DNA of 64,000 nt from a virus: the IMG/VR virus record IMGVR_UViG_3300017917_002350, positions 6,723-70,722 of that record. One strand, given 5' to 3'. Position 1 is the first letter of the stretch. Every line of letters starts with the position of its first letter. The notes beneath the pieces were generated by a model, which had not been told where the DNA came from, searched no databases, and worked only from the letters and a program-made list of their open reading frames with translations. The translations under genes and the position numbers were made by a program. Shown in pieces: positions 20,549 through 29,715 of the stretch.

Positions 20549-20577
20549 TTGACTTCATGTAAAAAAATTAGTATAAT
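20549..20577 (+). promoter_or_regulatory. sigma70-type promoter
   Basis: TTGACT-17 nt-TATAAT. Confidence 0.65.
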
Positions 20578-20604
20578 TATGATTCAACTAATCTGGAGTT
20601 CAAT

Positions 20605-20754
20605 ATGTTTGAATCAATCGAAATTCGACGAGTAGCAAATGGTTTTGTAGTTACTGTTCATCTCGAAGATGAAACTGTGGAATATGTGTTTGACACTGCC
20701 CGTAAAGCCATGAGTCATATCAAACAATTCGTTGCTCCAAAAGCAGGCGAATAA
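20605..20754 (+). CDS. 49 aa hypothetical protein (MFESIEIRRVANGFVVTV..), not in the ORF track
   Basis: own promoter, GGAG SD, clean ORF. Confidence 0.65.
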   Translation: MFESIEIRRVANGFVVTVHLEDETVEYVFDTARKAMSHIKQFVAPKAGE

Positions 20755-20784
20755 ATACAAAAATTCAACAATTCATGAGGATAC

Positions 20785-21819
20785 ATGTCAAAAACAGTTC
20801 TAATTACCGGCGGTGCCGGATTCATTGCGCATCATGTTATAGATAAAATTTTACGCGACACCAGTTGGAAGATTGTGTGTTTGGATAGATTAGACATCTC
20901 CGGTAATCTTAATAGGCTGCACGATATGCTACAGGATCACGACCCAAAAATGGTTGCTGGTCGTCTGCGTATTGTGTTTCACGATCTTAAAGCAGAAATC
21001 AATAGCCAAATTGTTCACGATATTGGAAACATCGATATTGTGCTGCATCTTGCGGCCGGCAGTCATGTAGATCGCAGTATTCAATACCCAATGGAGTTTG
21101 TGCAGGACAACGTAGTAGGTACAGTAAATTTATTAGACTATGCAAGGAAGAACTTACCTAATCTGGAAAAGTTTGTATACTTTTCCACCGACGAGATATT
21201 TGGGATTGCACCTGTTGGTGTATCATATAAGGAGTATGATAGATATAACAGCACAAATCCATACTCCGCGTCTAAGGCGGCTGCCGAAGAGTTTTGTGTG
21301 GCATATGAAAACACTTACAAGTTGCCTATTGTTGTTACGCACACTATGAATGTATTTGGTGAGCGGCAACATCCGGAGAAGTTTATTCCAGCAACTATTC
21401 AGAAAGTAAGAGATGGTGAAACGGTCATCATACACAGTGATCCGACGAGAACCGTGGCTGGTTCTCGAATGTACATCCATGCCCGTGATGTTGCTGAGGG
21501 TCTTATGTTCATACTCGGCCTCAAGGATTATCGTCACACAGGAGACTATGGCCACGCCCACTGCCCGAAGTTTAATCTTGTTGGTACTGAAGAAATTGAC
21601 AATCTTACCCTTGCACAGATGATCGCAACAGCAGTAGGTAAAGAATTAAAATACGAAATGACAGACTTTCATACCAGCCGTCCAGGGCACGACATGCGTT
21701 ATGCACTAGATGGTGGATTACTAAAGAGCTTGGGTTGGGAGCCAAAAATTAAATTGAGTGAGCGTATCAACGAAATGGTACAATGGACACTAGCAAATGA
21801 AAGATGGTTGCGTAAATGA
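20785..21819 (+). CDS. NDP-glucose 4,6-dehydratase (RmlB-like), second copy
   Basis: TGGAGFI, AAGSHVDRSI, STDEIFG, YSASK, RPGHDMRYA. Confidence 0.88.
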   Translation: MSKTVLITGGAGFIAHHVIDKILRDTSWKIVCLDRLDISGNLNRLHDMLQDHDPKMVAGRLRIVFHDLKAEINSQIVHDIGNIDIVLHLAAGSHVDRSIQYPMEFVQDNVVGTVNLLDYARKNLPNLEKFVYFSTDEIFGIAPVGVSYKEYDRYNSTNPYSASKAAAEEFCVAYENTYKLPIVVTHTMNVFGERQHPEKFIPATIQKVRDGETVIIHSDPTRTVAGSRMYIHARDVAEGLMFILGLKDYRHTGDYGHAHCPKFNLVGTEEIDNLTLAQMIATAVGKELKYEMTDFHTSRPGHDMRYALDGGLLKSLGWEPKIKLSERINEMVQWTLANERWLRK

Positions 21820-22526
21820 TAAAACATTGTTTTATAGTAACATCGGCCGTAAATAGTAAATTTGGAATTTACTCTCCCGAAGAACGATTAGCACAAACAG
21901 TTATTACTTTACAGAATATTAGATTTCGAGTTCCTGGAGCAAAAATTATTGTGATGGAATGCGCCGGTACTGCATTGAATCAAGTGCAAAGCGACACATT
22001 AGAGAACAATTGTGATCTGCTGCTAGATTTCAGCAAAGATCCAGATGTTTTGGCAATATATCAAAGTGATAACTGGGATGTAGTCAAAAATTCAACTGAA
22101 ATTATGTGTTTTGGTCGAGCTCTACGTATGTGTCAGGATGACGGCGATTTTGAGGGTGTTGATCGTATTCATAAGATGTCAGGACGTTATATTCTAAATG
22201 ACGATTTTGATCTTGAAGTTTACGAGCAGTATACTGATAAAATTATCATTGGACCAAAACATCGTAGTCAATTTCCTTTTGAAGTAACAGGAATTGATTT
22301 ACAGTACATGGCTCGACTTTGGTCATGGCCTAGCAATCAAACAGAACGAGTAGTTCAAGTATACCATGATAGTCTCACATATATTGGGCAAAGAGTCAGC
22401 CAAGGTGGGTATGCAGATATTGAACATGTATTATACAAATTTCTTCCACAACACCTAGTGCAAGAATTGCCAGTGCTGGGTGTAGAGGGATTTATTGCGC
22501 CCAATGGAGTGCCTATAAAAAACTAA
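21816..22526 (+). CDS. hypothetical protein, glycosyltransferase-like
   Basis: ER..QT..TL, KMSGRY, IEH motifs; sugar cluster context. Confidence 0.5.
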   Translation: MIKHCFIVTSAVNSKFGIYSPEERLAQTVITLQNIRFRVPGAKIIVMECAGTALNQVQSDTLENNCDLLLDFSKDPDVLAIYQSDNWDVVKNSTEIMCFGRALRMCQDDGDFEGVDRIHKMSGRYILNDDFDLEVYEQYTDKIIIGPKHRSQFPFEVTGIDLQYMARLWSWPSNQTERVVQVYHDSLTYIGQRVSQGGYADIEHVLYKFLPQHLVQELPVLGVEGFIAPNGVPIKN

Positions 22527-22527
22527 T

Positions 22528-23739
22528 ATGAAAAACTGTACAGAATTAAAAGCATGTTTGGCTTGCGGCGGAACACACTTGTTACCTGCAATTGATTTGG
22601 GCGATCAACCACTAGCTAACAATTTCTTAAAAGACACCAGCGAAAATCAAAGGTATCCACTGGCAGTAAATCAGTGTGCCAATTGTTTTCATTTGCAACT
22701 AACTCATGTGGTTGACCCAGCAGTGATTTATAGAGATTATGCATACGTTAGTGGAACCAGCCAGACCTATCTAGATTACATGTTTTGGTTTGCTAAATGG
22801 GTAAGAGAGTATAGTAAAATACAGTTTGGAAGCATATTAGATATTGGGTGCAACGATGGAAGTCAATTGGATTATTTTGAAAAATTAGGATTTCTTACTT
22901 ATGGAGTAGATCCAGCAGAAAACTTACATTCAATCAGCACTAATAAAGGTCACCGAGTAGTATGTGGATTTTGGGACGAACAATCTATAGGGAATCTGGA
23001 CAACAGGCAATTTGATATAGTAGTGGCGCAAAATAGCTTTGCTCACAACCCAGATCCACATAAGTATCTTACATTATTAAAGCCTCTTATGAAGCCCAGT
23101 GGACTGTTTTTTGTTCAAACCAGCCAAGCAGACATGGTACGTAACGGCGAATTTGACACAATCTATCACGAACATGTGAATTTCTACAATATCAACTCCA
23201 TGAACGAGTTGTGTCGGCGAGCTGGGTGGGAATTGATAGATGTAATTAAAACACCTATTCACGGAACTAGTTATGTGTTTGTGCTAACTCCTGGTCGTAG
23301 TCGTCGCGAACACATTGCAAATTTAATAAGCATGGAAGCAGACTTGTTGAACAACGACGTATATCGTGCGTGGGCTGCTCGAGCTAGAAAAATTTCTAGT
23401 GAATTTAGTTCTAGAATTACACTGTTTAAAGAACGCGGATATCATATTGTAGGCTATGGCGCGGCAGCCAAAGGAATGACATTGTTGAATTTTGCTAATG
23501 TTCAACTGGATTACATTATCGACGACAATCCAATCAAACAAGGGACGTATAGTCCGGGACAAAATATTCCTGTTGTGTCTATTGCACAGTTATCAAATTA
23601 TACCGTTGATGATAAAATTTTATTTGTCCCACTGGCATGGAATTTTTTTAAAGAAATAAAAAACAAAATATTAAATCATAGAAACAATACCAATGATCGT
23701 TTTTTAAAATATTTTCCGGAGGTTGAAGTTGGAGTTTAA
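22528..23739 (+). CDS. NDP-sugar C-methyltransferase
   Basis: CLACG..LGDQPLAN..C..C..LQL, DIGCNDG, FDTIYHEH, YGAAAKG, DDNPIKQG, LAWNF. Confidence 0.88.
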   Translation: MKNCTELKACLACGGTHLLPAIDLGDQPLANNFLKDTSENQRYPLAVNQCANCFHLQLTHVVDPAVIYRDYAYVSGTSQTYLDYMFWFAKWVREYSKIQFGSILDIGCNDGSQLDYFEKLGFLTYGVDPAENLHSISTNKGHRVVCGFWDEQSIGNLDNRQFDIVVAQNSFAHNPDPHKYLTLLKPLMKPSGLFFVQTSQADMVRNGEFDTIYHEHVNFYNINSMNELCRRAGWELIDVIKTPIHGTSYVFVLTPGRSRREHIANLISMEADLLNNDVYRAWAARARKISSEFSSRITLFKERGYHIVGYGAAAKGMTLLNFANVQLDYIIDDNPIKQGTYSPGQNIPVVSIAQLSNYTVDDKILFVPLAWNFFKEIKNKILNHRNNTNDRFLKYFPEVEVGV

Positions 23740-24082
23740 GTTTCCTGTAATGGAATTAGTTGATAGGTACGCAATTGCACAGGTAAAATATAACCGTACA
23801 GGCGGACAAAATCAGGCAGAACTAGATTTCTACGAACAACAAATGCAAGGTATAGATAAAAATATTATTTGGGAAGAATTACAAGCGTTTAAAATTTTAC
23901 ATGATAAAATTTGGAGTCTAGAAGATGACTTTAAAAAATGTAGAATTGATGGTACAGACTTGGTAGAAGTAGGACGTAGAGCATTAGAAATCAGAGATTA
24001 TAATAATTTCCGAGTACAGTTAAAAAATACTGTTGCCGAAAAATTAAATGATACTGTAAGAGAAATTAAAACAAATGTATGA
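23723..24082 (+). CDS. hypothetical coiled-coil protein (DUF6165-like)
   Basis: ELVDRYAIAQVK..IW..ED..N..R..LK..E.K. Confidence 0.55.
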   Translation: MKLEFKFPVMELVDRYAIAQVKYNRTGGQNQAELDFYEQQMQGIDKNIIWEELQAFKILHDKIWSLEDDFKKCRIDGTDLVEVGRRALEIRDYNNFRVQLKNTVAEKLNDTVREIKTNV

Positions 24083-25121
24083 TGTTGGTGATTACGATGT
24101 TAAATTACAAATTCCTACTGATAACTACGTGGCTTATAGTCTGTATCCACATGATTTAGAACCTATTCAAAGTTTTCTCGAACAAATTAGTGTTGTCAAC
24201 AAACAAACTTTAATAGTGCTTTTTGGTGGCTTTCAATGCCTGCAGGAAAGAGATTTCTGGATCCAGCCAATAAATGAATTCGCTAAAAAAACTTCGAATC
24301 CTTTAGCTGTTTTTACAGGTAAACTAACCTCCGACAGTGATTATGATTTGCCTAAAATAAATTTTTTATATCATAGAATCTCAATGTTTGATTTGGTAAG
24401 TAATTTTTATTGGAATCAAAGGCACGAAAATAAAAATAGAGATTGGACCAATGATTGTTACCGTTGTCGAAATACAAAATTTTATTGGGCGAGCACCAAG
24501 GATTGGTATTCAAGAAGGTATATATTGGCAGGACTAATAAACAATAATTTATTGAACGACGGCTCAGTAAATTATAAATGTTTATACACAGATATTCCGG
24601 GTCCATGGATACAGCATCGTATTGAGTCAATCTGGGCAGCGCATATAGATCAAGAATGTCATTCTATTTCTAATCAAATTCCTTTACCTGCTCTTGATAA
24701 CACTGTAGAATTTACGCAAACAAATGTAAATTTTTATCTTGATAGTTATGTTGGTATAATTACAGATACTTATTTTAATACAGGGGTATTTTTTAGCGAA
24801 AAAGTGTTTAATGCAATGAATTATCAACAGTTATTTTTTTACATAGGGCATCAAGGAAGTTTAAAATATTTAAAGTCTCAAGGTTATGAAATTTTTGATA
24901 ATGTCATTGACACAAGCTATGATGACATTCAAGAACCAGGCGCAAGACTAGTTGCGGCTAGGAAAAGCCTAATAAATTTTTTAACTCAGCCAATAGAAAA
25001 AATTAGAGATGCTTATAATAACAATATAGATGCTATTAAACACAACAAACAACTAGTACAAAAACAGAGACCTGATATACAATTGACAAATGTATTACAA
25101 AAATATTTAAATGAACATTGA
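24075..25121 (+). CDS. hypothetical protein, GT10/exostosin-like C-terminus
   Basis: IITDT..FFSEKVF..LKSQGYEIF..IDTSYD. Confidence 0.5.
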   Translation: MYDVGDYDVKLQIPTDNYVAYSLYPHDLEPIQSFLEQISVVNKQTLIVLFGGFQCLQERDFWIQPINEFAKKTSNPLAVFTGKLTSDSDYDLPKINFLYHRISMFDLVSNFYWNQRHENKNRDWTNDCYRCRNTKFYWASTKDWYSRRYILAGLINNNLLNDGSVNYKCLYTDIPGPWIQHRIESIWAAHIDQECHSISNQIPLPALDNTVEFTQTNVNFYLDSYVGIITDTYFNTGVFFSEKVFNAMNYQQLFFYIGHQGSLKYLKSQGYEIFDNVIDTSYDDIQEPGARLVAARKSLINFLTQPIEKIRDAYNNNIDAIKHNKQLVQKQRPDIQLTNVLQKYLNEH

Positions 25122-25983
25122 ACATCCTATACAAATATTAGTGAGACGTCGTGCTGCCCTTGGCGATGTTATAATGAGCACCGGTGTAGTACGCGAACTT
25201 AAAAAGAAATACAATTGCATGATTGACATAGCAACAGAATTTCCTAACGTTTATGATAATAATCCGCATGTGAGATCAATATGGCACACATCAACAATGC
25301 CTGATCCTTCAACTTATGATTTATACATAAATCTAGATGATGCCTATGAATCTAATCCGCTGAATCATTATCTAGATAGCTATTTTTATCGGGCATTTGG
25401 AACGGCAACTGTTGATAACAAAGAACCGGAACTGTTTACAAATAATGATGATACAGCTATTTTAAATCTATTTTTACAAGACAATAAAATAGACGATTAT
25501 ATTGTGGTGCATATTAGACAATGGCACTGGCCTTTAAAAAATATTAGTTGGAATACGTGGTATACAATATTTGAAAAATTATTCACTGCTAGAACAGATT
25601 TCAAAATTGTGTGCGTGGGTACTGCACAAGATGGATTTGTAGAACATCCATTATTCGTTGATGCTAGGGATATCTTCAGTATACAACAACAAAAAATATT
25701 AATGGATCATGCCAAGTGTTTTGTTGGGATTGACTCAGGACCATATCATATTGCTTCGGTGAGTAAAACTCACATGATAAGTTTGCACACTCATTTGCTT
25801 CCTGATCGTATTGCACCTAGAAACAAATTGGTTACAACTATATTGTCAAAGGTTGATTGCGTAGGATGCAACGACAATCAACAGCGACCTGTTAGACAGG
25901 TCGTTTGTAAACATGGCGATTATCGCTGCAAAGACAGTTTTGATGCAGAACGCATTGCCAACAACATTTTAGAAATACTATGA
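25111..25983 (+). CDS. GT9-family (heptosyltransferase-like) glycosyltransferase
   Basis: RRAALGDVIM, FVGIDSGPYHIA, C..C C-terminus. Confidence 0.82.
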   Translation: MNIEHPIQILVRRRAALGDVIMSTGVVRELKKKYNCMIDIATEFPNVYDNNPHVRSIWHTSTMPDPSTYDLYINLDDAYESNPLNHYLDSYFYRAFGTATVDNKEPELFTNNDDTAILNLFLQDNKIDDYIVVHIRQWHWPLKNISWNTWYTIFEKLFTARTDFKIVCVGTAQDGFVEHPLFVDARDIFSIQQQKILMDHAKCFVGIDSGPYHIASVSKTHMISLHTHLLPDRIAPRNKLVTTILSKVDCVGCNDNQQRPVRQVVCKHGDYRCKDSFDAERIANNILEIL

Positions 25984-26729
25984 TATATAGACACTCAGGA
26001 ACATTTGGCGATTTAATTTACAGCCTAAGTGTAGTTAAAAAAATGGGCGGCGGTACATTTGCTGTGCATCTTGAAAATATAGAAAAGTGCGTGGCTCAGT
26101 ATGGATATAGACCCGATGAAGTAGATCCTGCACATAAGGGCAGATTAAAAATTAGAGATTTTGATTTGTTGAGACCTTTGTTAGCCAGACAAAGCTATAT
26201 TGACCAAGTGACAGTTTGGTTGGGTGATCACGATGTGGATCTAGATCGATTCCGTGGTGTGTTGTTCAGAGGATTTGAAGGCAATTATGTAGAAGCATAC
26301 TATCGAACATTTAATTTGCCATTTACTACAGATGTTTACAATGAAACTTGGTTGGAAGCAGATGCAAAACGAGTAGCACCTGTTGTGATCAACAGAACAT
26401 TTAGATACCGTTGCCCTGCAGGCACCGGCACATGGCAAAGTCTGCTAGAGCAGGCCAATATCACACAGAACGGTGTGTTTGTTGGTAATAAAGACGAGCA
26501 CGAAGATTTTGAGAAAAGCACAGGATTCAGTGTACAATATTATGCTGTGCAAAACTTTAAAGAATTAGCTGATGTGATTGCAGGTGCAGATTTGTTTATG
26601 GGCAATCAAAGTGCTGCATTTAGTATTGCAATGGGACTTGGTAAAAGTTCTGTACTAGAAACAATTAAAATTAAACCGTTAGCAAACAATGAGTGCTATT
26701 TCCCAAGACCCAACTGCCAATACTTCTAA
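25980..26729 (+). CDS. GT9-like/GT-B hypothetical protein
   Basis: HSGTFGDLIYSL..ELADVIAGADLFMGNQS. Confidence 0.55.
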   Translation: MIYRHSGTFGDLIYSLSVVKKMGGGTFAVHLENIEKCVAQYGYRPDEVDPAHKGRLKIRDFDLLRPLLARQSYIDQVTVWLGDHDVDLDRFRGVLFRGFEGNYVEAYYRTFNLPFTTDVYNETWLEADAKRVAPVVINRTFRYRCPAGTGTWQSLLEQANITQNGVFVGNKDEHEDFEKSTGFSVQYYAVQNFKELADVIAGADLFMGNQSAAFSIAMGLGKSSVLETIKIKPLANNECYFPRPNCQYF

Positions 26730-27462
26730 AGTGCGAATACTTTTGATTGGCGATAATGGAGTTGATCAATATCAATACGGCACTGTGACCAGAATCAGTC
26801 CCGAAGCGCCTGTGCCTGTGGTCAATTACACGCATACGATTGTTAAACCTGGAATGGCCGCAAATGTCAAAGACAATTTAGAAACACTAGGGTGCGAAGT
26901 TGAATTCGTACACGGGATCAAAACAAGTATCAAGACTAGAATAATAGATTCAAGAACCAAACAACATCTAGTAAGGATAGATCAAGATGCACCTAGTCGT
27001 GCCGTAAAAATTGACTATAACAACATAGAGCAGTATAATTGTATTATTGTAAGTGACTACAACAAAGGATCAGTGGAGTATGAAACGATTGAAAATCTTC
27101 GCAAGAATTACTCGGGTCCAATATTTGTTGATACGAAGAAAAGCGACTTGGCCCGCTTCGAAGGCTGTTTCGTTAAAATCAATCAGGTGGAATTTGAAGC
27201 GGCTAAAACATATCCTACTGATCTTATTGTTACCCTTGGGCGAGACGGTGTACGATATAAAGAACACAAGTTTTCTACTCCACAAGTAGAGGCGTTTGAT
27301 GTATGCGGGGCAGGTGATACTTTCTTGTCTGCTCTCGCATACAACTACGTTTTATCACAAGATATTACAACTGCGATTCAATTTGCAACTCGAGCAGCCA
27401 GTGTCACAGTACAACACATTGGTGTGTATAGCCCAACATTAGAAGAAATAGAACAGTCATGA
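26689..27462 (+). CDS. heptose-7-phosphate kinase (HldE/RfaE domain I, PfkB family)
   Basis: RISPEAPVPV, GMAANV, SDYNKG, DVCGAGDTF. Confidence 0.88.
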   Translation: MSAISQDPTANTSKVRILLIGDNGVDQYQYGTVTRISPEAPVPVVNYTHTIVKPGMAANVKDNLETLGCEVEFVHGIKTSIKTRIIDSRTKQHLVRIDQDAPSRAVKIDYNNIEQYNCIIVSDYNKGSVEYETIENLRKNYSGPIFVDTKKSDLARFEGCFVKINQVEFEAAKTYPTDLIVTLGRDGVRYKEHKFSTPQVEAFDVCGAGDTFLSALAYNYVLSQDITTAIQFATRAASVTVQHIGVYSPTLEEIEQS

Positions 27463-27827
27463 CTAGATTAACAGGACAAGTTGAAAAAGGGTGGGGATCA
27501 GAATTGATCTGGGCCACCAACGATCAATATTGTGGCAAGATGATGAATTTCAATCAAGGCGCACGATTTAGTATGCATTTTCATCGCGAGAAAGATGAAA
27601 CTTGGTATGTGCTTGGTGGCAAATTTATTGTTAAATGGATTGATACTAAAAGTGCAACACAGTACGAACAAGAATTAAAACAAGGGGATACTTGGCACAA
27701 TCCACCTTGTATGCCGCATCAGCTAATTTGCATAGAACAAGGTACTGTAATAGAAGTTTCCACACCAGATTCAGTAGAGGACAATTATCGTGTACAGCCC
27801 GGGGATAGCCAGAAGAGTATTAGTTAA
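27459..27827 (+). CDS. cupin protein (sugar isomerase-like)
   Basis: VEKGWGSE..SMHFHREKDETW..PH..EVST..DNYR. Confidence 0.8.
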   Translation: MTRLTGQVEKGWGSELIWATNDQYCGKMMNFNQGARFSMHFHREKDETWYVLGGKFIVKWIDTKSATQYEQELKQGDTWHNPPCMPHQLICIEQGTVIEVSTPDSVEDNYRVQPGDSQKSIS

Positions 27828-28209
27828 CGGTACTTTTGATATATTGCATCGTGGGCATATTGAGATGCTAAACTTTGCACGAAGTCAAGGTACTTATTTG
27901 TTAGTGGCAATTGACAGTGATCGTCAAGTCAAGGAACTAAAAGGCCAATCAAGACCAATCAACAATCAAGAAGATCGTAAGTTTGCATTAGATAATTTAC
28001 AAGCTGTTGATGCTGTTTGGATTTTTGACACACAAGCAGAATTAGAACACATTTGTAAAGTGTATCGACCAGATTTAATGGTAAAAGGCAGTGATTATCT
28101 TGGTAAAAAAATTACCGGGTCGCAGTATTGTGGCAATATTAAATACTATCCGTTAGTACAAAACTATTCGACAAGTAAAATAATTGAAAATATTAATAAC
28201 CGGAAGTAG
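27790..28209 (+). CDS. heptose-1-phosphate adenylyltransferase (HldE/RfaE domain II)
   Basis: VNGTFDILHRGH, DSD..LKG..RPIN, VKGSDY, YSTSKII. Confidence 0.88.
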   Translation: MYSPGIARRVLVNGTFDILHRGHIEMLNFARSQGTYLLVAIDSDRQVKELKGQSRPINNQEDRKFALDNLQAVDAVWIFDTQAELEHICKVYRPDLMVKGSDYLGKKITGSQYCGNIKYYPLVQNYSTSKIIENINNRK

Positions 28210-28969
28210 AGGCTTTATTGGAAGCCATGCTGTAAGTTTTTGGCACAAGATTGGTGGCCATGAAATTTATACCTATGAGTGGGACGAGCGCACATTACCG
28301 CGCATCGACGGCCTAGATTGGGTGTTTCATTTTGGTGCCATTAGTAGTACTACAGAACGAGATGTTGCACGAGTAATACGACAAAATTACGACTTTAGCA
28401 TTTGGTTGTATGAGGAATGTAGAAAACATGATGTCAATCTTCAATGGTCGAGTTCTGCGAGCGTGTATGGCCTTGGTAGCGTTTTCACAGAGTCCGCCCC
28501 CGTGGATCCCAGGAGTCCCTATGCGTGGTCAAAATATCTATTCGAACATTACATTGACTGTAATCCGACGCATGTTCGGTGCCAGGGATTTAGGTACTTT
28601 AATGTCTATGGTGCAAACGAAATGCACAAAGGAAACCAAGCCAGCCCACACTATCAGTTTGCTGTTCAAGCTCAGTCCACTGGTGTTATAAAAGTGTTTG
28701 AAGGCAGTGAGCATTTCCGTAGAGATTTTGTTCCTGTTGAACATGTTTTATCAGTGCAGCATCAATTCATCAAACAAGCGGTAGACAAAAATGGTATTTG
28801 GAATATAGGCACAGGCACCACTAGATCTTTTATGGATATCGCTAGAGAAAAAGCCAATCAATACGGTGCACTGATTGAACAAATACCATTTCCAGAACAT
28901 TTGAGTTACAGCTATCAACGCTACACTTGTGCAGACTTAACAAAATTGCAACAAACAATCCGTGTTTGA
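28184..28969 (+). CDS. hldD: ADP-glyceromanno-heptose 6-epimerase-like (HldD/GmhD)
   Basis: TGSRGFIG, HFGAISSTTE, SSASVYG, YAWSK, RYFNVYG..E.HKG, YQRYTCAD. Confidence 0.82.
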   Translation: MKILITGSRGFIGSHAVSFWHKIGGHEIYTYEWDERTLPRIDGLDWVFHFGAISSTTERDVARVIRQNYDFSIWLYEECRKHDVNLQWSSSASVYGLGSVFTESAPVDPRSPYAWSKYLFEHYIDCNPTHVRCQGFRYFNVYGANEMHKGNQASPHYQFAVQAQSTGVIKVFEGSEHFRRDFVPVEHVLSVQHQFIKQAVDKNGIWNIGTGTTRSFMDIAREKANQYGALIEQIPFPEHLSYSYQRYTCADLTKLQQTIRV

Positions 28970-28994
28970 CAAAAAACAACGGATCGTGTATAGT
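28966..28994 (+). promoter_or_regulatory. sigma70-type early promoter
   Basis: TTGACA-17 nt-TATAGT. Confidence 0.65.
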
Positions 28995-29002
28995 AGTTGA
29001 CT

Positions 29003-29479
29003 ATGAAATATTTTGCATACGGAATGAACACTAATTTAGCGGAAATGGCTCTCCGCTGTCCTACTGCTGTGAGTTTAGGTACTGCTTGGATTGATGATTA
29101 CGAATTTGTGTTCCGTACTCACGCCGATATTCAAAAATCCCCAGGTAGCATTTGCTATGGAGTTCTATGGGATATTTCTAAACAAGATCTAAAGTCTTTA
29201 GATGCTCTAGAAGGCTATCCTTATTACTATACTAGATTTCGTGTGCGTGTAAACTTAGGCGATCATTTTGTGTATGCACTCACATACCAAATGAACGATC
29301 AAACCTACATTCAGGAGCCCGGCAGCGGCTATTTAGAAATGGTGCGTACTGGGTACAAGCAAAACGGTGTACCTACTAATCAAATTGACCATGCAATAAA
29401 TATGGTATGCTCATCATTGATCGCGACGAATGCGGAGTCTCTGTTTACACAGTTACAAACGATCAAGGACTTTGTCTAA
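29003..29479 (+). CDS. gamma-glutamylcyclotransferase-family protein
   Basis: YFAYGMN..M..RCP, GVLW..LDALEGYP..Y. Confidence 0.82.
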   Translation: MKYFAYGMNTNLAEMALRCPTAVSLGTAWIDDYEFVFRTHADIQKSPGSICYGVLWDISKQDLKSLDALEGYPYYYTRFRVRVNLGDHFVYALTYQMNDQTYIQEPGSGYLEMVRTGYKQNGVPTNQIDHAINMVCSSLIATNAESLFTQLQTIKDFV

Positions 29480-29628
29480 TAAGAACCACAGACGGAGCCA
29501 TTGCTGACTTTGTTGATAAAAACAGTCCGGGCATTGATCCAAAATTGCGTTTGACTGTGGGCGGAGATCCTGGCACTAGAGTAAAGAACGCTCCAATCTG
29601 GGTGCATGTAAGAAGATTCTCTAAATAA
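29407..29628 (+). CDS. hypothetical protein
   Basis: 73 aa ORF overlapping the GGCT end. Confidence 0.45.
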   Translation: MLIIDRDECGVSVYTVTNDQGLCLIRTTDGAIADFVDKNSPGIDPKLRLTVGGDPGTRVKNAPIWVHVRRFSK

Positions 29629-29645
29629 CCTAACTAATAAAAAGT

Positions 29646-29674
29646 TTGACATCCGCAGTTTTATAATATATATT
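29646..29674 (+). promoter_or_regulatory. sigma70-type promoter of the aminotransferase gene
   Basis: TTGACA-17 nt-TATATT; AAGGAGG SD at ~29705. Confidence 0.6.
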
Positions 29675-29715
29675 GACTAGAGCTGGACAGAGTCCAGTCC
29701 ATTCAAGGAGGCAAT

